From NCBI GenBank assembly GCA_947570175.1, contig CANOTJ010000001.1, forward strand, positions 133,027-197,026: a stretch of DNA of 64,000 bases. The letters are read 5' to 3'. This DNA comes from an uncultured Mycoplasmatota bacterium. Lineage in GTDB: Bacteria > Bacillota_I > Bacilli_A > RF39 > UBA660. Of this stretch, positions 56,523-64,000 are shown in pieces. Position 1 is the first letter of the stretch. Every line of letters begins with the position of its first letter. The notes below the pieces were generated by a model. The model was not told the DNA's origin. It was given only the letters and a program-made list of their open reading frames with translations, and did not search any database. The position numbers and the translations under genes are program-made.

Positions 56523-57473
56523 TTATTCATTTTCATCAATTGGTTCCTCATAATGTGCTATATAATTTCTAGAATTACCTTGTCTATCTTTCGTAATTAT
56601 GAGTCCCTCTTTTTTTAATAAATCTAAATTTGAATTTAATAATCTTCCAAATCTTTTAGGAGTAGTAATCAAATTTAATTTATTAATTATATCTGTACAA
56701 GTAAATTCAAAATCTTTTTGATTACTTGCATATTTTATTAGTTGAATTAAATTATAATCTATTTCATCATCTTCAACAGAATTTATCACATTAAATATTT
56801 GATTATTAGATTTCTTTAATTGAATATTTAATTCAGAAAAATCTCTGTTGATAATATTTAGTCTAACTAGAGATTTATCGTTTTTATTTTCTATTAATGT
56901 TAATTTACCATCAACAACTGCATCAAATGCTGTACTACCAAGAGTAGTTCCTCGTTTGTTTAAGTGATGAGTAAACAAAATTGTTACATTATATTTTTCA
57001 CAAATACTTCTAAGTTTAGGTAGTAGTTTTTGACCTACATCTTGATAACTATTTATATCGTAATCAATACCTAAATTCGTATCTTTTAACATATCTATAA
57101 TTACAAATCTTCCATTTTTATATTTAGAAAATTCTAACAAATCAACTTCAAAATCAAATATACTAACTTCTCCTTTACCATCTCGATCAATGATAAAAAA
57201 TGAATCTTTTGGGAATGTTAGACCCAGTGTTTTTATTCGCTCCATTATTTGACCTGAATCTGATTCTGTGCTAATATATAAAACAGGAGAGGGCATTGTA
57301 TCGTGCCCTAAAAATTGTTTACCACATGTGAGTGAGTTAGAAAGTTGCAGTGCCAACATAGACTTTCCAACTTTAGCATTTGATACTAAACAATATAATC
57401 CTTTTGACTTCATTATATTATCTATAATGTTGTCTTTTTTTATGTTTGTATTTATTTCTTCTAATGCTTTCAT
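56523..57473 (-). CDS. RecA-fold (AAA_25/RepA-like) ATPase with a C-terminal winged-helix-like domain, putative element replication protein
   Basis: Walker A NAKVGKS and Walker B-like VIIDML. The position between the small DNA-binding gene and mob fits this role. Confidence 0.55.
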   Translation of the reverse strand: MKALEEINTNIKKDNIIDNIMKSKGLYCLVSNAKVGKSMLALQLSNSLTCGKQFLGHDTMPSPVLYISTESDSGQIMERIKTLGLTFPKDSFFIIDRDGKGEVSIFDFEVDLLEFSKYKNGRFVIIDMLKDTNLGIDYDINSYQDVGQKLLPKLRSICEKYNVTILFTHHLNKRGTTLGSTAFDAVVDGKLTLIENKNDKSLVRLNIINRDFSELNIQLKKSNNQIFNVINSVEDDEIDYNLIQLIKYASNQKDFEFTCTDIINKLNLITTPKRFGRLLNSNLDLLKKEGLIITKDRQGNSRNYIAHYEEPIDENE

Positions 57474-57475
57474 TT

Positions 57476-57712
57476 TTACCTCCTTGCTTGAACTCTTGAT
57501 TCTAAATAATTAATATTAATATTTAAATAGTCTACAACTTCTTTCATTGGTATAACATGACTTGGAATTTTGTATCCTTGATTTATTAATTTGTTTTTAA
57601 TTTCTCTTTTTACTTTTAAAGCAGAGTTTCTACCAAATTCTCCTAAAGCCATTAAATCTTCAAGTGTACACCATTGTTTTGATATTAAATTTAGTGTTTC
57701 TTGTGCTTCCAT
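57476..57712 (-). CDS. small DNA-binding-type protein (DUF3173-like / excisionase-like)
   Basis: 78 aa. The pattern TLEDLMALGEFGRNSALKVKREIKNKLINQGYKI...VIPMKEVVDYL resembles small proteins of streptococcal integrative mobilizable elements as I remember them. SD GGAGG. Confidence 0.35.
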   Translation of the reverse strand: MEAQETLNLISKQWCTLEDLMALGEFGRNSALKVKREIKNKLINQGYKIPSHVIPMKEVVDYLNININYLESRVQARR

Positions 57713-57931
57713 ATCTCGACCTCCATTTCTATTTTTTATTTTAGTTTTTAGTTAAACTAGAACTCCCGTACCAATAGGGGCTTTGCCTTGTACTTATTTA
57801 ACGAGTCAGCATATCGGCGATTTCTGGCTCTATTTAATTTTCAAAGAACTATTTTAAACTTTTTATTTCTTCATTTGACCACCTCATTTCATTTTTGTTT
57901 CAAATTGCTTTTTCTGTTGCAATTTAACATC

Positions 57932-58016
57932 ATTATAACATCAAAATTGCAAATGTCAACTATTTTTGCAAAAATAAATTAAAAATGTTGCGAAAAAGCA
58001 ATATATGTGTTATAAT
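57932..58016. promoter_or_regulatory. divergent near-consensus promoters with TTGCAA-type repeats (element genetic switch)
   Basis: Minus strand: TTGACA (complement of 57954-57959), 16-nt spacer, TATAAT (complement of 57932-57937). Plus strand: TTGCGA (57988-57993), 17-nt spacer, TATAAT (58011-58016), with TG extension. ATTGC/GCAAT-type half-sites recur between 57894 and 58001. Confidence 0.55.
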
Positions 58017-58039
58017 CAATTAAGAAAGGACGTGAAAGC

Positions 58040-58531
58040 ATGGCTAAAACTAAAGTTGGGGAGTTAATTCAACAAGGTAGAGAGGAAAATAATTTGTCAA
58101 TGCGTCAACTTGCAGAACTTGCAAATATTAGTTCTTCTGATATATCTAGAATAGAATCTGGAGAACGTGAAGTACCTAATCCTAAATTATTAAGAAAGAT
58201 AAGTAAATATATTGGTGTTAATTATAATGATTTAATGTATGCTTCTGGTTTAGGAGCACAGGTTAGTCCACTTAATCCATATTTACTTGAACATTACTCT
58301 AAATTAAGAGGAAAAGAATTGAAAGAAGCAATGGATAGTATTGAAAGTTCCACTGCCAATAATAAAGTAGTTATTGAATCATTAAAAAAATCATCTGAAA
58401 GTGCAGATGAAGAAAAGAAAAATGTATTATTAGAAACAATTGAAGATCTTGAATATCAAAATGAAACAAATGAAGAAATTATGAAACTATTAAATAGTAT
58501 TGCTATTAAGGAGTTTAGAAATGGTAAATAG
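58040..58531 (+). CDS. XRE-family HTH repressor with a coiled-coil C-terminal extension
   Basis: HTH_3 signature LSMRQLAELANISSSDISRIESGEREVPNPKLLRKISKYIGV. Confidence 0.85.
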   Translation: MAKTKVGELIQQGREENNLSMRQLAELANISSSDISRIESGEREVPNPKLLRKISKYIGVNYNDLMYASGLGAQVSPLNPYLLEHYSKLRGKELKEAMDSIESSTANNKVVIESLKKSSESADEEKKNVLLETIEDLEYQNETNEEIMKLLNSIAIKEFRNGK

Positions 58532-58976
58532 TTTAAAAAGATTAAATAAGATTCAGGTTGTTAGTTTAATATTATTAGTTGCTTCATTTATTTTAGTTTG
58601 TTGTGGTATAAATAATAGTACAAATTTCTTTTGGGTATCTTTAGGATTAAATATGCTTGGATATTTAATGTTTATTACTAAATGGTCTAAAGAGGGAAAA
58701 ACAGGAAATAGAAAAATAGATAAGAGTTATGATAAAAACTTAACTAGAAAATCATCAGAATTTATATTCTTTATGGTAGTAGCATATTATTTAGTTATAT
58801 GTATTTGTGTAATTGCTGATATATGGATTAAAGATTTTATGTATCAATTTGGAACAATTTTAGGCTTATTTAGTATGGCATTTATATGGAACTTTTTATC
58901 ATTAGCAATTGTTTATAGAACTTCAAAAGAAGTAGAATTAATATTAAAAGGAGGCAAGAAAAATGGAAATAAGTAA
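58521..58976 (+). CDS. four-TM membrane protein (hypothetical)
   Basis: The start at ATG 58521, after AAGGAG, overlaps the xre end by 11 nt. The stop overlaps the fic start by 14 nt. Confidence 0.5.
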   Translation: MVNSLKRLNKIQVVSLILLVASFILVCCGINNSTNFFWVSLGLNMLGYLMFITKWSKEGKTGNRKIDKSYDKNLTRKSSEFIFFMVVAYYLVICICVIADIWIKDFMYQFGTILGLFSMAFIWNFLSLAIVYRTSKEVELILKGGKKNGNK

Positions 58977-59703
58977 AATAAAAAAGGCTTTAATTGAACA
59001 AAAAAATATTGGTTTATCTGGAAATCTTTATCACAAAACTCAATTAGATTTTTCATATAATACCAATCATATTGAAGGTTCTACAATAACACCTGATGAA
59101 ACTGCAAGTATTTATGATACAGGAACTATTTTAACAAGTGGTGATAAAGTTATTGTACTTAAAGATGCTACTGAAACAAAAAATCATTTTACTTTATTTA
59201 AATATATGTTAGATACAATTGATGATAAACTTTCTGAAACTATGATAAAAAAATTTCATTTCATATTGAAAGATGGGACTCTAACAGATAGTGAAAAAGA
59301 ATGGTTTAATGTTGGAGAATATAAAAAGAAAAAGAACTTTGTTGGTAATATTACAACATCACTTCCTAATGATGTGGAAAGTGATATGAAAGATTTATTA
59401 GAGTGGTATGATAAAATATCCAATAAAACTATTGAAGATATTATTGAATTTCATGTTAGATTTGAGAAAATTCATCCTTTCCAAGATGGAAATGGTCGTG
59501 TGGGAAGAATGATAATGTTTAGAGAATGTTTATATAATGATATAATGCCATTTTTTATTGAAGACAGAAATAAGGATTTTTATATAAGGGGTATTAAAGA
59601 ATATCAAACTAATAATGAAAAAAGTTATTTAATAGATACTTGTTTAAATAGTCAAGATAATTATGAAAAATTAGTAAATTATTTTTTAGAAGATAATAAG
59701 TAA
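58963..59703 (+). CDS. fic: Fic-family protein (AMPylase-type Fido domain) with an N-terminal inhibitory motif
   Basis: Fic motif HPFQDGNGRVGR and a (S/T)xxxE(G/N) inhibitory-helix motif, TNHIEG. Confidence 0.9.
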   Translation: MEISKIKKALIEQKNIGLSGNLYHKTQLDFSYNTNHIEGSTITPDETASIYDTGTILTSGDKVIVLKDATETKNHFTLFKYMLDTIDDKLSETMIKKFHFILKDGTLTDSEKEWFNVGEYKKKKNFVGNITTSLPNDVESDMKDLLEWYDKISNKTIEDIIEFHVRFEKIHPFQDGNGRVGRMIMFRECLYNDIMPFFIEDRNKDFYIRGIKEYQTNNEKSYLIDTCLNSQDNYEKLVNYFLEDNK

Positions 59704-59728
59704 TATAATTACTAACTAATATGAGGAG

Positions 59729-60307
59729 TTGATAAAATTGGATATTACAGAACTTATAAAAGAAGAATTATTAAAAAGATGCAAAGAGTCAAAAGATAGT
59801 GATGGATTTGATTTTTGGGAAGATCATATTAAATATGTTGTAGAGAATGCTGTTACTTTAGCAAAAGAATATGATGCAGATGTTGAAATAGTTGAACTTG
59901 GAGCATTACTTCATGATATAGCCATGCCATCTAATATTGGACCACGAGAAGAACATCATATCTATGGTGCAAAAATAGCAGAAGAGTTATTAACAAAATA
60001 TAATTATCCACAGGATAAAATAGAAAGAGTAAAGCAGTGTGTTTTAAATCATAGAGGGAGTCAAGATTTACCTCGAAAGACAATTGAAGAGGAAATAATT
60101 GCAGATGCTGATGTTATTGCACACTTTGATACAATACCAGCTTTATTTAGTTTAGCTTTCAAAGAACTTAATCTTAGTTTAAATGAGGGTACAGAATTTG
60201 TTAAAAAGAAATTGGAGAGAGATTATAATAAATTAAGTGATAGAACTAGAGATTTTTTAGAGGAAAGATATAGTAATATAAGAAAAGTATTGTTTAATGA
60301 ACAATAA
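59729..60307 (+). CDS. HD-domain phosphohydrolase
   Basis: LLHDIAMP HD dyad with upstream and downstream His/Asp (EEHHIYG, NHRG, ADADVIAHFD). The start is TTG 59729 or TTG 59738, after GAGGAG. Confidence 0.7.
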   Translation: MIKLDITELIKEELLKRCKESKDSDGFDFWEDHIKYVVENAVTLAKEYDADVEIVELGALLHDIAMPSNIGPREEHHIYGAKIAEELLTKYNYPQDKIERVKQCVLNHRGSQDLPRKTIEEEIIADADVIAHFDTIPALFSLAFKELNLSLNEGTEFVKKKLERDYNKLSDRTRDFLEERYSNIRKVLFNEQ

Positions 60308-60314
60308 TTATTAA

Positions 60315-60375
60315 ATGACATTATGACATTAAATTCTGCTAGGGGTATAGTAAAAACAAATGTCATTAATGTCAT
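60315..60375. repeat. four copies of the octamer ATGACATT arranged as a 16-nt inverted repeat
   Basis: ATGACATTATGACATT (60315-60330) faces AATGTCATTAATGTCAT (60359-60375), separated by 28 nt. Confidence 0.6.
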
Positions 60376-60413
60376 AGTAATAGTAAATTAAATATATAAG
60401 GAGAAAAGGAAAT

Positions 60414-61178
60414 ATGATAGTTTGTGAAAAGAAGATTGACAAATTAGTAAAAAAAATGCATGAATACTATAGTAGTAAAGACTCTAATACTTTAGCAACT
60501 GTTGATTTTCCAAATTTAATAGAATATAAAAGCAATGATTGGTTAATATATATTTTTTATTCTTGTTTATTAGATTATGGGATGAGATCACAAAACTATC
60601 ATAATAATTTAATAAATACTTATCATATATATCCACAGGTATTTAACCCAAAGTCTGTTATAGCAAATTTTACTAATAATAAGGAAAATTTATTAAGTCT
60701 AATGAAAAATAATATTCATCCAAGATATCCTAATGTTGCAGTAGATAAGTGGTTAAATTTGTCAATAGAGTTATCCAAATATGATAATTTGTTAGATAAA
60801 ATTAAAGAATTTAACAATTTCAATGAACTTAATTTGTTTATAAGAAATATTAAAGGCTATGGTCAAAAGACAGGTGGATTATTACTCAGATTAATATATG
60901 AATCTGGTGTGTGTAATTTTAATGATAAATTAGGTTATATTCCATTAGATAGACATGATATTGAAATTAGCTATTTAAATAATATTATTGATAGCCAAAA
61001 GCTAAATAGTAAACAAATAGAAGAATTATCTAGTTTGTATATAGAAAGTGGAGAAAAAATAGGAATTGATGCTAATTTGGTAGATAAATATTTATGGAAT
61101 ATTGGTAATGATTTTTGTAATAGAAAAAATTGTGTTAATTGTCCATTACATGATGATTGTAAAACAAAAATAGATTAG
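60414..61178 (+). CDS. HhH-type DNA-glycosylase-like protein with a C-terminal Cys4 (Fe-S cluster loop-like) motif
   Basis: Helix-hairpin-helix-like IKGYGQKTGGLLLR. The C-terminal CNRKNCVNCPLHDDC has C-x4-C-x2-C-x5-C spacing, close to the endonuclease III Fe-S loop. The family assignment is tentative. Confidence 0.45.
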   Translation: MIVCEKKIDKLVKKMHEYYSSKDSNTLATVDFPNLIEYKSNDWLIYIFYSCLLDYGMRSQNYHNNLINTYHIYPQVFNPKSVIANFTNNKENLLSLMKNNIHPRYPNVAVDKWLNLSIELSKYDNLLDKIKEFNNFNELNLFIRNIKGYGQKTGGLLLRLIYESGVCNFNDKLGYIPLDRHDIEISYLNNIIDSQKLNSKQIEELSSLYIESGEKIGIDANLVDKYLWNIGNDFCNRKNCVNCPLHDDCKTKID

Positions 61179-61258
61179 GTATTATATCAAGTATGGAATT
61201 GATTGATTTAATTCTAAATGGTATAGAAGAATAAAGTAGTGTGAAAGGAGAAAAGATT

Positions 61259-61657
61259 ATGTTTAATTTTAATCATATTGCAATAAGTGTAACAAATGCT
61301 GAAGAAAGCATAGAATTTTATAAAAAGTTCGGATTTGAAGAGTTTAAATCGTGGAAAGCAGAAGATGAAAGTATAAAAATAAATATGCTAAAGTTAAATA
61401 GTATAGTTTTAGAAATATTTTGTTATAAAGAATACACAAAATTACCAGAAACAGCAAAGACAACAGCGACAGATTTACCAGTATTAGGAACAAAACACTT
61501 TGCATTAGGAGTAGAAAATATTGAACAAGCGAAAGAATTTGTAATTAAAAATGAAATTGCAAATGATATAGAAATAAAAGTTGGAAGATTAGGAAAACCT
61601 TATTTCTTTATTAAAGATCCAAATGGAATTTTAATGGAAATTATAGAGGAAGATTAA
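61259..61657 (+). CDS. VOC-family (glyoxalase/bleomycin-resistance/dioxygenase fold) protein
   Basis: FNHIAISVTNAEESIEFYKKFGF N-terminus and a C-terminal FIKDPNGILMEI block. Starts at ATG 61259 after AAAGGAGA. Confidence 0.7.
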   Translation: MFNFNHIAISVTNAEESIEFYKKFGFEEFKSWKAEDESIKINMLKLNSIVLEIFCYKEYTKLPETAKTTATDLPVLGTKHFALGVENIEQAKEFVIKNEIANDIEIKVGRLGKPYFFIKDPNGILMEIIEED

Positions 61658-61658
61658 T

Positions 61659-62108
61659 ATGCTTTTTGATATAATTGAAAAAAATTTAAATAGGATTGAA
61701 CAAGATTTGAAAGAAATAGAGGGATTAAAAAATATTGATTTTATTGATATATTTCCAACAAGTGATAAACATAAACTACAATTAGAAGATGAAATTGAGG
61801 GTATAGCAAATTTAGAAATAAAAACAGAAAGAGGAAACATATATACTTTAACTAAACCTTTAGATACTAAATATGGTAAATTAAAGTGGATTAAAATTCG
61901 TTATTTTGATGAAAGTAGATTAGATTGGGAGGCAGCAGCTGATTTTGTTGTGGATGATAGAAATGTTTTACTTAATAAAGTTGGTAAAGATAAAAGATTT
62001 ACTTATATAAAAAGAGATGAATGGGATGCAGTAGAATTTAAAACTGATAATACATTAATATATTTTTTAAATCCATTGGCATCAGAGGTATATAGTAAAA
62101 AGAAATAG
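61659..62108 (+). CDS. hypothetical protein
   Basis: 149-aa ORF starting 1 nt after the VOC gene stop. No family was recognised. Confidence 0.45.
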   Translation: MLFDIIEKNLNRIEQDLKEIEGLKNIDFIDIFPTSDKHKLQLEDEIEGIANLEIKTERGNIYTLTKPLDTKYGKLKWIKIRYFDESRLDWEAAADFVVDDRNVLLNKVGKDKRFTYIKRDEWDAVEFKTDNTLIYFLNPLASEVYSKKK

Positions 62109-62126
62109 AAAAAGGAAAAAAGGAAT

Positions 62127-62468
62127 ATGAATATAGATATAAAAAGAGTAAAAATTTTTGTAACAATTCCATTAGAAAATGTAGAAGAAGTTAGAAATGC
62201 AGTATGTGATGCAGGAGCTGGAATAATTGGAGAGTATGCTTACTGTACTTCATCAACAAAATCCATTGGAACTTTTAAACCAAATGAAAATGCTAATCCA
62301 TATATTGGAGAAAAAAACAATTTAGAGTTTGTAGAAGAAGAAAAATTAGAAGTTGTATGTGATGTTGACAATGTTAAAAAGGTGATAACAAAATTAAGAG
62401 AAATACACCCATATGAAGAACCTGCAATAGATATTGTTCCATTAATAGATGAAAAGTTTTTTAAATAA
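62127..62468 (+). CDS. small PII-like / NIF3-insert-like domain protein (tentative)
   Basis: 113 aa. The pattern VKIFVTIPLENVEEVRNAVCDAGAG..G.Y..C...GTF.P...A.P.IG...........E.KLEVVC resembles the ferredoxin-like insert of NIF3/YqfO proteins as I remember them. Confidence 0.3.
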   Translation: MNIDIKRVKIFVTIPLENVEEVRNAVCDAGAGIIGEYAYCTSSTKSIGTFKPNENANPYIGEKNNLEFVEEEKLEVVCDVDNVKKVITKLREIHPYEEPAIDIVPLIDEKFFK

Positions 62469-62485
62469 GTTTGAGGAGGAAAAAA

Positions 62486-62857
62486 ATGAAGATAATAAAG
62501 GAAGAAAATGCAGAAAAATTCATATACGCTGATACTAGTTCTGTTTTAGAATATGGGATTGCTTTAAATGAAAAGAATATGGATTTTTGTACAAATAAAA
62601 TTACTGGAAGATATCCTATGGAAGGGTATTGTTCTAATTTAGAAGTTGAAGAACTATGTTATATTTTAGAGGGAGAGGGAACTATATATAAAAGAGATAG
62701 CAAACCTATTGATTTTAAAAAAGGAGATATTATCTTTATAAATAAAAAAGATATATATTATTGGAATGGTGATTTTAAACTTGCAATTGTTTGCTCTCCA
62801 GCGTGGTCTAAAGAACAATGTAAATTATATAGCGAGGAAGATTTAAATGAAAAATAA
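62486..62857 (+). CDS. cupin-fold protein (tentative)
   Basis: About 120 aa, beta-rich (EELCYILEGEGTIY...GDIIFI). Starts at ATG 62486 after GAGGAGG. Confidence 0.45.
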   Translation: MKIIKEENAEKFIYADTSSVLEYGIALNEKNMDFCTNKITGRYPMEGYCSNLEVEELCYILEGEGTIYKRDSKPIDFKKGDIIFINKKDIYYWNGDFKLAIVCSPAWSKEQCKLYSEEDLNEK

Positions 62858-63401
62858 TTATTTGTTAATTCATGGGAGTTTTGGAAACCCATTTGTTAAT
62901 TGGCTTCCATATTTAAGAAAAGAAATTGAAAATAGAAATTTAGAAGTGTATACTCCAGACTTTCCAACAGGAGTAGGTTATCAAAATTATGAAAATTGGA
63001 GTAGGTTGTTAAAAACTTATATAACATCTGGAATTTTAAATGAAAATACAACTATATTTGCTCATTCAATTGCACCTGTATTTATTTGTAAGTTTTTAAT
63101 AGAAAATAAGATTAAAGTTAAGAGATTAGTATTTGTATGTGGTTTCAATAATTTTTTAGGTATTGATGATGATTATGATGCTGTTAATAAAAGTATGTTT
63201 TTGGATAATTTACATGATATAAAAAATTATTGTGATGATATTATTTGTTATTATTCTGAAAATGATCCATATGTTAAATATGATGTAGAAAGAGAATTTG
63301 CTAATACAATAACAAATAATCAAGTAGTAATAAAAGATGGTGGACATCTTAATTCTGAATCTGGATATACAGAATTTGAGGAACTATTAAAATATTTGTA
63401 A
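62847..63401 (+). CDS. YdeN/RBBP9-type alpha/beta serine hydrolase
   Basis: LLIHGSFGNP N-terminus, nucleophile elbow variant AHSIA, then a later DPYV and GGH. Overlaps the cupin gene end by 11 nt. Confidence 0.55.
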   Translation: MKNNYLLIHGSFGNPFVNWLPYLRKEIENRNLEVYTPDFPTGVGYQNYENWSRLLKTYITSGILNENTTIFAHSIAPVFICKFLIENKIKVKRLVFVCGFNNFLGIDDDYDAVNKSMFLDNLHDIKNYCDDIICYYSENDPYVKYDVEREFANTITNNQVVIKDGGHLNSESGYTEFEELLKYL

Positions 63402-63758
63402 AAAATGAGGCATAATGGAATCAGAAGAGGAAATATTTAATGAGTATTTTGAAAAATTTAAAATTCTATAATTAAGTAAAACTAATATAAAATATAACTA
63501 CTCATATAATTACAAATGCATAAAACTTTTTTGAAAATAAAAAGTTTAATTAAATAATAGTTAGATAAAACGAGCATACACTTTAATAGGTGATGATATA
63601 TAAAAACAACAAAAATAAAAGAAACAATTTCTTCTATAGCTAGTGAATTATTAGTCTTATTTGTACCTGAATTATTAAGTCCATTACATCTTGCTAGTTA
63701 TTGTTCTTATAAAAAAGTTAAAGAACGAGAGAAAAATTTAAATGGCTTATCGAAAAAA

Positions 63759-64000
63759 ATGATTCTAATAGCAAATCGTTTTGAAATAAAAGAAGAGGAA
63801 AAGATAAATTCATTAGATGATATTAATAATGTAGAATTATTTTATAAAGTATACAATAAACTAGATTATTTAACATTAAAGGAGTTAAAAGTGTTAAGAA
63901 ATTTTTGTTATACACTATATAATCCTTATGATTTAACAATAGTAAGAGAACATAATATAGAAACTGAAGATGATATATATAATAAATATAGAAGTATATT
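63759..64000 (+). CDS. 5' part of a hypothetical ORF running off the window
   Basis: The frame is open from an upstream TGA to the window end, and its first ATG is at 63759 (MILIANRFEIKEEEK...). No SD or family was recognised. Confidence 0.2.
   Translation, partial: MILIANRFEIKEEEKINSLDDINNVELFYKVYNKLDYLTLKELKVLRNFCYTLYNPYDLTIVREHNIETEDDIYNKYRSI

Larger units (their letters stand above)
53433..64000. mobile_element. integrative mobilizable element (int, MobV relaxase, oriT, replication ATPase, switch, cargo); right end not identified and may lie beyond the window
   Basis: Contiguous integrase, Mob/Pre relaxase, RecA-fold ATPase, small DNA-binding protein and divergent Xre repressor, plus a cargo of unrelated small enzymes. 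The left end is inferred from the integrase 3' end and the preceding terminator. Confidence 0.6.

Noticed and set aside
57788-57982. 64-aa plus-strand ORF in the element switch region
   Set aside because: It lies across the divergent promoters and operator-like repeats, has no SD and has a low-complexity sequence. The region is better explained as regulatory DNA plus a 5' UTR.
170-61840. Short ORFs from the six-frame track that lie inside, and antisense or out of frame to, strongly supported genes. They are 170-418, 1583-1768, 2417-2632, 2880-3125, 7793-7999, 10566-10772, 11765-11983, 18072-18278, 18423-18647, 25064-25249, 25819-26061, 27345-27527, 31049-31237, 39254-39511, 39495-39716, 45926-46120, 46358-46564, 53001-53249, 57268-57513 and 61631-61840.
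   Set aside because: Each is fully embedded in a longer ORF that carries clear family motifs. None has an SD. Their low-complexity Ile/Leu/Phe/Lys-rich translations are what AT-rich DNA yields by chance.
1-64000. Searched by eye for CRISPR arrays, rRNA genes, transposase/IS elements and additional tRNAs
   Set aside because: I found no regularly spaced direct repeats, rRNA-like GC-rich blocks or transposase-like ORFs. Only one tRNA (17400-17476) was found.

Overview
Strongly AT-rich chromosomal segment (composition judged by eye, not computed) from a spore-forming, anaerobic low-GC Firmicute. Lifestyle markers are spoVID-ysxE, a YjcZ-type spore peptide, pyruvate:ferredoxin oxidoreductase and rubrerythrin. 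Roughly 0-53.4 kb is core chromosome. Its plus-strand genes include a SEDS protein, rbr, a CIRCE-controlled htpG-hsp20 pair, nifJ, recG, a SWIM/SNF2 helicase, murT-gatD, recU-ponA, dusB, lysS, ackA, nrnA, lon, spoVID-ysxE and yqeG-yqeH. A minus-strand block at 5.1-17.5 kb carries an acyltransferase/acyl-AMP ligase/acyltransferase operon, two large membrane proteins, an M29 aminopeptidase, a poorly supported gene patch and tRNA-Met. From about 53.4 kb to the window end lies an integrative mobilizable element whose right end was not seen. It has a tyrosine integrase, a MobV relaxase, a candidate oriT, a RecA-fold replication ATPase, a divergent-promoter switch and an Xre repressor. Its cargo is a Fic protein, an HD hydrolase, an HhH/Fe-S glycosylase-like protein and small enzymes. 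Signals not explained by the ORF track: (1) a convergent small hydrophobic peptide plus antisense RNA locus at 5.73-6.05 kb with type I toxin-antitoxin architecture; (2) a ~185-nt structured RNA between nifJ and recG, possibly 6S RNA; (3) a ~93-nt promoter-to-terminator sRNA unit at the element junction, next to an orphan HerA-like ATPase; (4) a membrane-anchored protein with 15 paired-cysteine mini-repeats; (5) an orphan holin/M23 lysis-type cassette; (6) a split Aas-like lipid operon. No CRISPR array or rRNA was seen. All functional calls come from motifs read by eye and remembered family signatures. None was checked against a database.
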